The notes beneath the pieces were generated by a model, which was given only the letters and a program-made list of their open reading frames with translations, was not told the origin of the DNA and did not search any database. A DNA stretch of 64,000 nucleotides from a virus (lineage: Duplodnaviria > Caudoviricetes): the IMG/VR virus record IMGVR_UViG_3300035499_000517, positions 32,001 through 96,000 of that record. One strand, given 5' to 3'. Positions 36,792 to 46,678 of the stretch are shown piece by piece (the stretch's first letter is position 1; each line of letters starts with the position of its first letter). The position numbers were made by a program, and so were the translations under genes.

Positions 36792-39452
36792 TTATTGCTG
36801 ATTATTGGCATTACCAGCATTCTGGTTATTATTCTGCTGATTCTGATTGTTATTCTTCCTAACACTATCAGGAACCAGAGAATTTAAAATTACCATGTAA
36901 TCATTTGCACGTTTTCTTGAAACGTTAATCGCTGAACCAATAGACTCGTTGATAATTCTTGGAACAAGGGACAGGTTTGTCTGAGTGTTCCCTTCAGTTC
37001 CTTTGATTGCTTCCAGATTTGCAAGAGACTTCACTTCATTATTCAAAGATTTCAGGTCATTCTCAATCTGGTTGTAGTAATTTAATACATACTCAATCAT
37101 CATTGGAATCTGTGCTTTGATCTTGTTGTTGGAGATCGCAATTGTCTGGTTCTTAGCAGTTCCTAACTTGATTGCAAGTTCAAACCTTTCCGCATTTGTA
37201 TCTCCTTTTACTTTCGCAAAACTTGTTCCAGAATACAGGAAACTGTAAACCTGATCTTCATTCATACTGCGAAGCTGCTGCTCATTCATAGAAGAAGCTT
37301 TCTTGATTACATTGTTGCACCACTTGATATAGTTGGTGTTGTTGTATGGAAGAATGTGAATTGTCACATTCGAGTAATTTCTTGTAGTAAGATAATTCCT
37401 GTAATCGTTGATGAATTTCAGGTTCTTATCTTTCATATGCCCTTTATTGAAAAATCCGAGGATTTTATCAATTACACCAGATATAAACTTCTGAATTCTA
37501 GCAACAAAACCAGTTGTTTTCTGCCCTTCATCTGTGTTCCGATTACTTCCATTCTGGTTATTGTTTCCAGAGTTATCTTCTACAGATGGGTTGGTATTTG
37601 CTTTCTGCTGGTTGTTATTTCCAGCATTCTGATTATTGTTATTCTTCTGATTGTTGTTCTGGTTATTATTCTGAGGCTGGTTATTGTTGTTTCCGTTGTT
37701 CTGATCATTCGGAGCTTCCATGAAGATGTCTACATCAGACAGACTCCTCATATATTCAGACTCATAGAATGCAAACATGGAGGTCAACTTCTCTTCATGA
37801 GCCTCTGTTACCATGTCATAATTGGCATTGAATGCATCAATGAAATAGTCATGAGAATCCGGAACGAAGCTACTGATTGATCCGATGTTCTGATGAACAG
37901 ATTCATCAATCGTAGAAAGTCTCTTAATATAAGCTTTCATAAGATCACGACTTGCTAACTCAAACGAGCTATACAAATCTTCCAGCTTACTGATAAGCTC
38001 TGCTTTCTTCTCTTCCAAATTCTCCATATCAAATGAATCAGTTCCTACTGAATAGTCATTTGAGTTTCCAGCTTTTACCAGAGAAATAAACTTATCCAAA
38101 ATTCTCATATCTTCTTTGTAAAGCTGAGAAATCTTTGGAGCAAATCTCTGCATAGACTGGAGATCCAGTCTTACAAGTGTTGGATGGAAATTCACAGAAC
38201 GTAAGAATTTATCATTCACACTTCTCTCACCGTTAATTGTCTTCCAGAAATCCTCTGAGAAGAGATTGTATCTACGAAGCAGTAACTCAACGGATACTTT
38301 GTGGAAGTTATCCTGATAGAATTTTGTTGCTTCTAATAATACATCACGGTAAGTCTCTAACATCTTTAAGATAAGATCATATGAGCGAGCATCAACCTTT
38401 GTATCGAAGTCTTCTACATCATCTGAATTCTCAGAAGATTCAATAGCGATATCTGCTTCCAGCTTCTGTGCTGCTGTTACAAGCACATCAACATCAAGCA
38501 TTGAACAGTTATCCAAGGTAAGTCCGGCTGATTCAAACTCGGCTTTTACGCCCTCTTCAAACCTTGCTGAAGTCATGGTCTGAGATGTAGATTCTGAGAA
38601 TTGAATCAGATTTCTCACATCAGAGATCCACTCAGTCATGTACTTCATTTCGGATGCTACAAGATACTTGCAGATTTCTGCATAGTAAGACTTTGCAGCG
38701 TACATAACGCGTGTTACAATATCATTCGGAAGATCTGAGTGCATTGCACTGTCTTCCACACGTAAAAGCTCTTCAAAGTTAGAAGTGATATTCTTCTTTG
38801 TTGCTTTTACCATGTGTGCAAATGTATCTGATTTGAAGTTTGAGTTATCGTCAACTTTTCCAACAAAAGGATCTGTTTTCTGCCTTGCAAATTCTGTAAG
38901 CATCGGGCAGATCGTACGATCGATTGTTTGAGCACAAACTTCGATTTCATAAGAACGATCAAAGTTCATGATGTCCTTTGTTGAATAGTATTCTCCACCA
39001 CCGCTGATAGAAACGACACTTCGTTTTCCACGGCTAAGAGTAGCTGGATCGTTGATGTACTTTTCAACATCCTTTATATTCCCATCTCCTTTAGAGATTT
39101 TTTCAAAGAGTCTTTCAACATTTTTTACAAAGCTTGAAAGACCTCCTGCACCAATCCGATCAAATGAGGTCGGATAATAAAGCTTTATCGTAATGGAAGG
39201 CTTCTTGTTCGCAAAATATTCCCGGTTCTTACGGAAAAATTCAGAAGCTTCAAGAGCCTGTCCAGACAATCCCCTTGCAATCTCAGCCATCTCAGAGAGA
39301 TGCTTCACACTGATATCAATATTGGGAATTGCATCATCAGTTTTCTTTAAAAGTTTGGACCAAACATTCTCTTCTGAAGCTTCCTGAAAATGGTAGATAT
39401 TTCTATCAGCTTCCTCTAAGAATGCTGCCAACATAAAAAGTTCTTTTGACAT
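36792..39452 (-). CDS. Large putative inner-head protein; multi-module with N/Q-rich linker
   Basis: FLEE, FQEA, FEEG, FESA, FYES, FMEA sites; amphipathic FVARIQKFISGVIDKILGFF helix shared with neighbouring genes. Confidence 0.65.
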   Translation of the reverse strand: MSKELFMLAAFLEEADRNIYHFQEASEENVWSKLLKKTDDAIPNIDISVKHLSEMAEIARGLSGQALEASEFFRKNREYFANKKPSITIKLYYPTSFDRIGAGGLSSFVKNVERLFEKISKGDGNIKDVEKYINDPATLSRGKRSVVSISGGGEYYSTKDIMNFDRSYEIEVCAQTIDRTICPMLTEFARQKTDPFVGKVDDNSNFKSDTFAHMVKATKKNITSNFEELLRVEDSAMHSDLPNDIVTRVMYAAKSYYAEICKYLVASEMKYMTEWISDVRNLIQFSESTSQTMTSARFEEGVKAEFESAGLTLDNCSMLDVDVLVTAAQKLEADIAIESSENSDDVEDFDTKVDARSYDLILKMLETYRDVLLEATKFYQDNFHKVSVELLLRRYNLFSEDFWKTINGERSVNDKFLRSVNFHPTLVRLDLQSMQRFAPKISQLYKEDMRILDKFISLVKAGNSNDYSVGTDSFDMENLEEKKAELISKLEDLYSSFELASRDLMKAYIKRLSTIDESVHQNIGSISSFVPDSHDYFIDAFNANYDMVTEAHEEKLTSMFAFYESEYMRSLSDVDIFMEAPNDQNNGNNNNQPQNNNQNNNQKNNNNQNAGNNNQQKANTNPSVEDNSGNNNQNGSNRNTDEGQKTTGFVARIQKFISGVIDKILGFFNKGHMKDKNLKFINDYRNYLTTRNYSNVTIHILPYNNTNYIKWCNNVIKKASSMNEQQLRSMNEDQVYSFLYSGTSFAKVKGDTNAERFELAIKLGTAKNQTIAISNNKIKAQIPMMIEYVLNYYNQIENDLKSLNNEVKSLANLEAIKGTEGNTQTNLSLVPRIINESIGSAINVSRKRANDYMVILNSLVPDSVRKNNNQNQQNNNQNAGNANNQQ

Positions 39453-39470
39453 TCTTAGTCCTCCTTTCCA

Positions 39471-40472
39471 TTAATGCCTTTGTCTCAAGACATTTTCTAC
39501 TTGTGTATTATAATTTGAACGATGGAATTCAGATACCTGCTGCATTCTATTCAATTCATTATTGACATTATCCCTCAATCCTGCTCCACCATTATTTGTA
39601 TTATGGATCCTTCCAATGGTTGCATCAAACCGCCTCCAAATAGCTAAACGAAGCCGTGTAACAGCACTAATATTGATCTTGGTGGTCCTTTCGAGTTCAG
39701 CAGCAAGCTGTGCTGTCACATATCCACGCGTATTTGCATTCATGTCAATATTATTAGCTCCCGGATTATCAATCATCCTTTGAACACGCTCTAATTCCTG
39801 AACACGTTTCTGTGCAGCATTTGCCTGGAGTTGTTCCTCTCTTGCTAATCTATCATCACCAGCATTTCGGAATCTTCTCCAAGTTAAAGCAAGGGTAGCT
39901 CCAGTTCCAACGATACCTACAATAATAGAAATAGTCTTAATGGTATCACCATTCTTTTCAATACCCTTCTTTACTTTTTCAAGTTTTCCCCTGAGACTTT
40001 TCTCATTAACGTCTTTCTTCTTCAGCTCGTCAATCAGATCATCCACATTCTTGTAGTAATCTTTCATACTTTCAAATGAATTGAGGTCTAAAAGACCTTT
40101 CTCAACATAAACCTGAAGCTGTTCGTATCTTGCAGGATCTGCTTTTCGGATCATATCTGCTTTCTTATCAACATCGGCTTTACTGAATTTTGCTTCTTTA
40201 AAAGCATTTGGGATATTTTTGATAAACTCCTTGATACGGTTCAAAATCTCAAGGATTTTCTCACCTAATTTAGTAACTGCATCTTTTACAGACTCTTCAA
40301 AATAAGAATCAGCAGACTCCTCATATATCCCAAGTTCTAACATATCATTCCGTTGCATTTGCGCAATCTGTAACGGACTTACAATATCATGAATTTCATC
40401 TACAGTTTCCATATAGAGTTTTTCTATACTTTCATTCACTATAGATGAATTTACGTATGCTGTATTAATCAT
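39471..40472 (-). CDS. Putative inner-head protein (paralog family)
   Basis: YEESADSYFEES followed by amphipathic helix; hydrophobic segment ISIIVGIVGTGATLAL. Confidence 0.65.
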   Translation of the reverse strand: MINTAYVNSSIVNESIEKLYMETVDEIHDIVSPLQIAQMQRNDMLELGIYEESADSYFEESVKDAVTKLGEKILEILNRIKEFIKNIPNAFKEAKFSKADVDKKADMIRKADPARYEQLQVYVEKGLLDLNSFESMKDYYKNVDDLIDELKKKDVNEKSLRGKLEKVKKGIEKNGDTIKTISIIVGIVGTGATLALTWRRFRNAGDDRLAREEQLQANAAQKRVQELERVQRMIDNPGANNIDMNANTRGYVTAQLAAELERTTKINISAVTRLRLAIWRRFDATIGRIHNTNNGGAGLRDNVNNELNRMQQVSEFHRSNYNTQVENVLRQRH

Positions 40473-40505
40473 AGGAGATCTCCTTTCCTTAAATTCTCAT
40501 ACAAT

Positions 40506-40517
40506 TATATCTATGTT
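40506..40517 (-). promoter_or_regulatory. Late-type promoter motif AACA-N6-TA
   Basis: aacatagatata. Confidence 0.65.
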
Positions 40518-40540
40518 TTTTGAGCCTCTTTTCAAGGGAT

Positions 40541-40573
40541 AAAAAAAAGAGTGTGACCGAAATCACACTCTTT
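40541..40573 (-). terminator. Intrinsic terminator
   Basis: aaagagtgtga/tcacactcttt stem; U-tract on minus strand. Confidence 0.75.
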
Positions 40574-40577
40574 GAGT

Positions 40578-41603
40578 TTACTTATCCAAACGATTGTATT
40601 TATCTTTTCGTTTTTCACGTTGTACTGCGATAGCCTGACGTTTCTGGTCGAAACGAAGCTTATCATTTTTACGAATATCCTGAAGCTTCTTGATATCTTT
40701 CTCATTATTCTTCTGGAGTTTCCTAAGGGCTTTCTGATCTTTATGGGCTTCTTCCTTACCCATAGCTTTACCCTTCATAACATCACGCTCATATTCAAGT
40801 TTACCACCAACTGCAATCTTTGCAGCCTTATCGTTTCGTTTGATAACTTCCATAACACCTGAAGTGGAGAAGACGTTCTTTAATGCATCTTTCCAAGTAA
40901 GGTATTCTTTCTCTTTTCCACCAGCAAGCTTCCTAATGATTCCAAGTTTGCTGTTGAGCATTTTCATTTTCATCTTTACCATGAATGCTTCTTTTTTCCC
41001 GAGATCTTTTTCAATATCTCCCATCCACATTTCATAAACACGCAAAGCTGTATTTGCTTTTCCAGCCATCTTTTCACATCTTTTTGCTGATTCCAAAAGG
41101 TACTGAATAGTAACTTCTTTTGCAACGATAGACCCAACCTCAGGGAGTTTCTGTCTTGCTTTATCCCAAGCTTCCTGAAGATCTTTAGCAATTGTGGGCT
41201 TTTTCTCAAGTTCATCATCTTTCATATTGCGATACTTGTCTTCTTCCCACTGCATCTCTTCAGACCATGCTTCAGCAATCTTTGTATAATCCTTAAATGT
41301 GACCTTCTTTCCAGCAAATTCTGGATTATTCTTTACATTCTCAACGAATTTCTGATATGCACTTTTTGTTCCAGCATCAGCCTTAAAATAAGCGACAATA
41401 TCAGATATAATCTGGCGAATCTTTTCAAGAAAACGCTTTAATGCGGAAATACCCTTCTGAATAAGATTCTGGGATTTCTTTATAACGAGTTCATTATTCG
41501 CCTGATCCCCTTCAGAATCTTCAAAGACTGCAGAATAATAGGAAACCTCTTTATAGTCATCAAGGATCATATCGGCTGCTTCAAAATATACCATAGCATC
41601 CAT
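40578..41603 (-). CDS. Putative inner-head protein (paralog family)
   Basis: ATG 41603 after GAAAGGGTG RBS; YFEAA and VFEDS sites; KKVTFKD motif. Confidence 0.65.
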   Translation of the reverse strand: MDAMVYFEAADMILDDYKEVSYYSAVFEDSEGDQANNELVIKKSQNLIQKGISALKRFLEKIRQIISDIVAYFKADAGTKSAYQKFVENVKNNPEFAGKKVTFKDYTKIAEAWSEEMQWEEDKYRNMKDDELEKKPTIAKDLQEAWDKARQKLPEVGSIVAKEVTIQYLLESAKRCEKMAGKANTALRVYEMWMGDIEKDLGKKEAFMVKMKMKMLNSKLGIIRKLAGGKEKEYLTWKDALKNVFSTSGVMEVIKRNDKAAKIAVGGKLEYERDVMKGKAMGKEEAHKDQKALRKLQKNNEKDIKKLQDIRKNDKLRFDQKRQAIAVQREKRKDKYNRLDK

Positions 41604-41685
41604 AAATGTAATCACCCTTTCTTTAAAATAGGGAAAGGTGTTTATATAATCCACCTTTCCCATATTATTGATTTATTGACGGATT

Positions 41686-42894
41686 TTAAAATCCAAATGG
41701 ATCTTCTAAATCACTAAAGGAATCATCCTCTGCGCCCTCTTCGAACGCTGTTGCAGCATTGGTTGCTTCAGCAAACGGATCTTCTGATGACTCTGTAAAA
41801 GAATCATCCTGCATATCTTCGAAGTCCTCTGTTCCCTCACTGAAGAAGTTCTCATCAGAGGTTTCTGTTCCATCAATGGATTCTCCGGCAGCTGCAGCAG
41901 CCTCTGCGAATGCTTCCTCAAGAAAAGCATCATCAAAATCATCTGTAGACTCACTCTCAGCAGATTCAACAACTGGTGCAACCACATGACCCTTTGCTCT
42001 CATAACCTGAGCTTTGAGGACATTCATCATATTCATAATAATGTCAATCTTAATATTGACTTCCTCTTTTGCAAGCTCAGCACCGAAGTTTGCAGCAGCA
42101 TTTGTTGCAGCGGTAGCAGCTGCAGCAGCCTCATCACTACAAGTAAGCTTCAATCTCTCAAGAGCATCTGTTGTGCTCTTCTCCATCTTATCAACATATG
42201 ACGGAAGGTGATTGATCTCTGCATTCAGCTTCGTAAGAAGCGCTGCGATTGTAATTGTTGTTGTGGAAGCTGTTGCACTGATAGCATTTCGGAAATCATC
42301 CCGGAAATCCTCTTTCGTCTTTGAAAGGGTTTTCATGGTATTCTCGGAGAGCATTCCACGCACGGTCTTTGCCAGAATCTTGTCATTCTTAGAACGATAG
42401 GTATGGATAACACCGAGTGGCTTCTTTTCATCCATAACCTGAACTTTCTTATTTGCAAGAATCGGGTTAATCTTAACCTTCTTCTCAGCCTTTGAAAGGA
42501 CATCGCGAGCTTCTTTAGAAGCGATCTTTGCGATAACCTTCGTCTTCTTCTGCGAGAACCACTCCTTGATAGCGGAGATCAGTTTCGCGATCATATTCTT
42601 AAATTTTGCAAGTGCACCCTCTTCGGCAGCCTCTTCCAAATATGCAAGATCTGCATCAGTGCCAGATTCTGTAATACACTTAAGCTCTGCCTTCTTAAGG
42701 TTGATCTCAAGTTCACGATCAACTGATTCTGTATAAGCATCGAGCTTCATCATCATTACATCAAACTTGTGATCCAGTTCAATGCTGTCAATGGCAGCTT
42801 CCTGGAACAAGCCTGAACAGGTATCTGCTACTTCCATCGTATTTGTAGAAGATACCCCATAAATTTCATTCATTAATAAACTCATGGTTTTCAC
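41686..42894 (-). CDS. Putative inner-head protein (paralog family) with acidic C-terminal tail
   Basis: FQEAA, YTES, ITES, YLEE sites; KKVQVMD motif; tail with FTES/FEEG. Confidence 0.65.
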   Translation of the reverse strand: MKTMSLLMNEIYGVSSTNTMEVADTCSGLFQEAAIDSIELDHKFDVMMMKLDAYTESVDRELEINLKKAELKCITESGTDADLAYLEEAAEEGALAKFKNMIAKLISAIKEWFSQKKTKVIAKIASKEARDVLSKAEKKVKINPILANKKVQVMDEKKPLGVIHTYRSKNDKILAKTVRGMLSENTMKTLSKTKEDFRDDFRNAISATASTTTITIAALLTKLNAEINHLPSYVDKMEKSTTDALERLKLTCSDEAAAAATAATNAAANFGAELAKEEVNIKIDIIMNMMNVLKAQVMRAKGHVVAPVVESAESESTDDFDDAFLEEAFAEAAAAAGESIDGTETSDENFFSEGTEDFEDMQDDSFTESSEDPFAEATNAATAFEEGAEDDSFSDLEDPFGF

Positions 42895-42907
42895 CTCTTT
42901 CTTTCAT

Positions 42908-44038
42908 TTAGATCAAGTCAGCAAGCATACCTGCGAGCTCCTCTTCATCAGCTGATTCTGTATATTCCTCAGAAGCAAGAAGTTCTGCGAAATCTTTGGT
43001 CATACCATATTCTTCAGCACCCTCTTCCTGAGCACCTCCGGTGAATTTAGAAAGTGCCCCTTGTACGGCGCCAACAATAGCATTTCCAACTGATTTTGCA
43101 GCACCGGTAGTAGTATCAGCTGCAGCTTTCACCGCTTTACCACCTTTTTGAACATTCTTGCTAATTTTCTCAGCTTGCTTGGCTGCTTTTCCACTGAGTT
43201 CAGTGGCAGCTTTTCCGGCCTTGTCAATTCCTTCAGATGCTTTCTTTGTAAGGTCATCAAAGGATGGTGCATTCTTAAGGTGATTCCGGCATTCGTTAAT
43301 CTTCTTTGTAAAGAAGCTTACGATTCCACCACCTTCACCGGAAACATCAGCATCCTGATTGTTGTTCTTTCCAAATTTTGATTTGATGCTGTTGGCTCCA
43401 TTTTTCACCTGATCACAAAGACTGCTAAGGAATTTAAGATGACCATTAATTTCAGAACCTTTCATCTTCTGAACGGTTTCACCGGAAGATGATTGTTCTC
43501 CATCATTTCCACCTTTGGCATTCTTTATTTTATTGATAATGAATTTACCACCAACGATAACAACTGTCCCGAGCACGAGACCGGTAAGAATATTCTTCAC
43601 AGACTTTAAAGCATTGATAGCAGCTTTGACCGGTGTTGCAAAGAAATTCTTTACAGCTGAAGCAGCCTGTTTCAAACCAGCAATAAATTTATTGGTATTT
43701 GAACTTACTGCATACTCAGCATCATCCTGCTTCTGACCGATTCCAAGAGCCTTTTTAATCTTATCAACGAACTGGGTAATCTTATCCCAAATAGTTGCAA
43801 GAAGGCCCTTCTGCTTATCATCTGTCTGTTCCTGTGCATCCTCATAGAAATCCATAAGGGTGCAAGCATCTCCACCTTCCATAACGCAGCGGAGTTCTGC
43901 TTCACGTAAATTTATCTCTCTGGACTCCATGATAGCTTTATATGCTAACAGTGCTCTATCCAGCGAAATCTCAGCGCTTTCCAGCGCAATCATGTCCTGA
44001 CGCTCTTCGTCAGACTCATAAAATGCGTATAATTCCAT
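42908..44038 (-). CDS. Putative inner-head protein (paralog family)
   Basis: FYES, FYEDA, YTESA sites; EINLREAELRC shared with the 41686 gene; hydrophobic segment. Confidence 0.65.
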   Translation of the reverse strand: MELYAFYESDEERQDMIALESAEISLDRALLAYKAIMESREINLREAELRCVMEGGDACTLMDFYEDAQEQTDDKQKGLLATIWDKITQFVDKIKKALGIGQKQDDAEYAVSSNTNKFIAGLKQAASAVKNFFATPVKAAINALKSVKNILTGLVLGTVVIVGGKFIINKIKNAKGGNDGEQSSSGETVQKMKGSEINGHLKFLSSLCDQVKNGANSIKSKFGKNNNQDADVSGEGGGIVSFFTKKINECRNHLKNAPSFDDLTKKASEGIDKAGKAATELSGKAAKQAEKISKNVQKGGKAVKAAADTTTGAAKSVGNAIVGAVQGALSKFTGGAQEEGAEEYGMTKDFAELLASEEYTESADEEELAGMLADLI

Positions 44039-44053
44039 TTTTATATCACCTCA

Positions 44054-44917
44054 CTACTTCGCATGTTTAAGTGCACGATTTACTTCAGCATCTAAAGTAT
44101 GTGCCATAGTAGTCCAGCCTTTTACCATACTATGTAATGTACTAGATAATTTCGTCATTCCACGGTATGCTTCAGCGTTTGCACTCTTTCCCTTTGTCTG
44201 TTCGGCTTTTGCTTTAAGCCTTTCAGCTTTCTTTGCTTCTTTCTTAGCCTGTTTCTCAGCCTTCATCTGCTTTTTATAAGCAACTTCATCACTTTTGATA
44301 CCTCTAAGAGTACTCTGCTCTTCAGCAGCATATTTATCCAAAAGCTTATTAGCATCCTCAACGATTTTCTCAGAATCATTGATTTTCTGGTATGCTTTAT
44401 TTCTGGCAGAATTGATGATAGCTGTAGAAACAATTGCTTTTCCAACAGGTATTACCTTATCCCGATTATTGTGGATCTTTTCCTGAATATTGTCACAAAA
44501 AGCAGCAACATCCTTAGCCGGAAAACTTGTGGCAGCAGCAATCTTTGAGACGATCTTGCGAGCAGCTAAATACTCCTCGTCGATCTCTTTCTGCATCTCC
44601 TGGACATTCAATTGAATTTCCAATCTTGCTGTATCGCTATTCATATACTGAGATTCGGTAAGTTTATTTTTACTTATATTTGCTTTAAAAAGCTTAATCA
44701 TGTCCTTGATATTCTGTAAAATCTGACGTATCTTGGCAATGATTGTTGATCCCAAACTTTTCTTTGCGGAATCCGTGGAAGATGATCCTTCATCACCATC
44801 CTCTGTATAACAGTACATATTGATCAGATTATAAGCCTGATGACTCATAAGATCAACCTTTAAGTTAGACTGTCTAAGAAGGATTTCTCCACCGGTCACA
44901 TCATCAAAAAGAGTCAT
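44054..44917 (-). CDS. Putative inner-head protein (paralog family)
   Basis: YTEDGD followed by amphipathic IIAKIRQILQNIKDMIKLF. Confidence 0.62.
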   Translation of the reverse strand: MTLFDDVTGGEILLRQSNLKVDLMSHQAYNLINMYCYTEDGDEGSSSTDSAKKSLGSTIIAKIRQILQNIKDMIKLFKANISKNKLTESQYMNSDTARLEIQLNVQEMQKEIDEEYLAARKIVSKIAAATSFPAKDVAAFCDNIQEKIHNNRDKVIPVGKAIVSTAIINSARNKAYQKINDSEKIVEDANKLLDKYAAEEQSTLRGIKSDEVAYKKQMKAEKQAKKEAKKAERLKAKAEQTKGKSANAEAYRGMTKLSSTLHSMVKGWTTMAHTLDAEVNRALKHAK

Positions 44918-44954
44918 AATGATTAACTTCCTCCTTTCCGAAAGTCTTCAACCT

Positions 44955-44966
44955 TAATGATTTGTT
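44955..44966 (-). promoter_or_regulatory. Late-type promoter motif AACA-N6-TA
   Basis: aacaaatcatta. Confidence 0.65.
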
Positions 44967-44974
44967 TCACGGTC

Positions 44975-45640
44975 CTAAATTAACTTGAAGTCTCCGCTTA
45001 TCGGAATCAAGTCTTTTCTTCCATCTTTTACAGCAATCAGTTTTGACATAGCATCAAAGAATTTGGTTGCAATTGTAGTGATGAAAATCTCTGTGGAATG
45101 CTTGTAAAAGGCAACTGTTACCTTTACACGTTCGGAATCTACTTCCTCATTCTCACCAGAATACTTGATAAAGTTGTCTAAGACCTCATCAATAAAGGTT
45201 ACTAATCGAACCATAAGTTCGACATTTTTCAGTGCTTCCGGAACAACCATCTTTACCTCAGGGGCATTAATAGTTTTATTCAGGAAGTTTTGATCTGCCT
45301 CTTCGGCCTGTTTCATAAGTCCCAAGAACTTGTCGAGATTATCAACTCGTTCGTTTCGGATACTCTGTAAGGAGGTTATAAAGCGAACCATATCATTATG
45401 GTATTCTTCATAAGCGTCCATCATCTGTACCAGATTCTGTACAACTACGAAGGTATACTTCCCTTCTCTTTCTGAGTAAGGAAACAACTCTAAAATCTCC
45501 TTCTTGTACTCTACTGCGAATTTCTTTAATGCATGTTGAACACCACGAAGTTTATCATGATTAGTCGCTTTATCCACTTCATCATGCGTGCAGCACTCTG
45601 TAAATACAGATAAAAACTCGCTCATATCATATTTATTCAT
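44975..45640 (-). CDS. Putative virion protein
   Basis: Late operon; FTEC site near the N-terminus. Confidence 0.55.
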   Translation of the reverse strand: MNKYDMSEFLSVFTECCTHDEVDKATNHDKLRGVQHALKKFAVEYKKEILELFPYSEREGKYTFVVVQNLVQMMDAYEEYHNDMVRFITSLQSIRNERVDNLDKFLGLMKQAEEADQNFLNKTINAPEVKMVVPEALKNVELMVRLVTFIDEVLDNFIKYSGENEEVDSERVKVTVAFYKHSTEIFITTIATKFFDAMSKLIAVKDGRKDLIPISGDFKLI

Positions 45641-45658
45641 GCGCCTCTTTCACCTCCT

Positions 45659-46657
45659 TTATACAAGACCAATATCGGTATCGTTAACGGAATCACGCAT
45701 AGAATCCATTGTCATAGTACGATCTTCTTCGGAAACTGTTCGGTTTCCAATTTCTTCAGCCTTTACAGATTCCACTCTTAACTTCTCAGCTAATCGTAAG
45801 AACTTCAGGCGAAGTGCTTCTTGTTTCTTTAAAATGCTTTCAGTCTTTTCTTTGCCAACAACTTTTTCTCTTGCCTGGACATTCGACTTATTAAGCTCTA
45901 AGAAGTATGCCTGTAACTCAAGATCGCGGGCAAGTCTACCACGAAGATCCTGAATTGCGTAAATGATTCTTCTTGTTACCGGAACGATTGTAAATACAAC
46001 AGTTCCAACGATTGCAATGGATCCAACAGCGAATGCATCCAGTACCATATTTTCCTGGCCACTCTTTAAAGTAGTAGAAAGATAAGTCTGATATTTTCCA
46101 GAAGCAACGACTTTGTTGAATTCCTTTAACTGCTGTAAGAAGAACTCATCTGCACGATATTTCGTATTCTTTAAGTTTACACTAAGTTTCTGTGAAGAAG
46201 GTGTTTTTACAAAATCTCCAATCTGGAAGAGTAACGCTGTGGTTGCTTCTACACAAGCATACACAAAGCTGTTGTACTCAAGAACCAGAACCTGGATCTT
46301 TTTGCTATAAGCCTTCTCATAATAAGTTGCATTAGTTGCAATATTACCTATTGCCTTTGTAACAGTATTTGCATAGGATGCAAGATCCTCATAGGCTTTA
46401 TCCTCAGTGGATAATTCCTTTATTGCTGCTAAGGTATCAATCATGGTCTTATAACCAGAATATTTGGTAATATTTCCGCGTGACTTCGGAATATCTCCAA
46501 AGTCTACATGAGATTTATCAATGATACTCTGATAAAGAGTAGCCATCGTTTTTCTTGTTTTAGGGGATTCTGCATCTTCCAAAACGGCACGTACCTCTCG
46601 TGGTGAGCTGTCTGTTCCATAACAGAGAATGTCTACAGTTGGTTTTAAGAAATCCAT
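45659..46657 (-). CDS. Putative virion protein with hydrophobic segment
   Basis: Late operon; AFAVGSIAIVGTVVFTIVPV. Confidence 0.55.
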   Translation of the reverse strand: MDFLKPTVDILCYGTDSSPREVRAVLEDAESPKTRKTMATLYQSIIDKSHVDFGDIPKSRGNITKYSGYKTMIDTLAAIKELSTEDKAYEDLASYANTVTKAIGNIATNATYYEKAYSKKIQVLVLEYNSFVYACVEATTALLFQIGDFVKTPSSQKLSVNLKNTKYRADEFFLQQLKEFNKVVASGKYQTYLSTTLKSGQENMVLDAFAVGSIAIVGTVVFTIVPVTRRIIYAIQDLRGRLARDLELQAYFLELNKSNVQAREKVVGKEKTESILKKQEALRLKFLRLAEKLRVESVKAEEIGNRTVSEEDRTMTMDSMRDSVNDTDIGLV

Positions 46658-46678
46658 AACTCTTCATACCCCCTTTCT

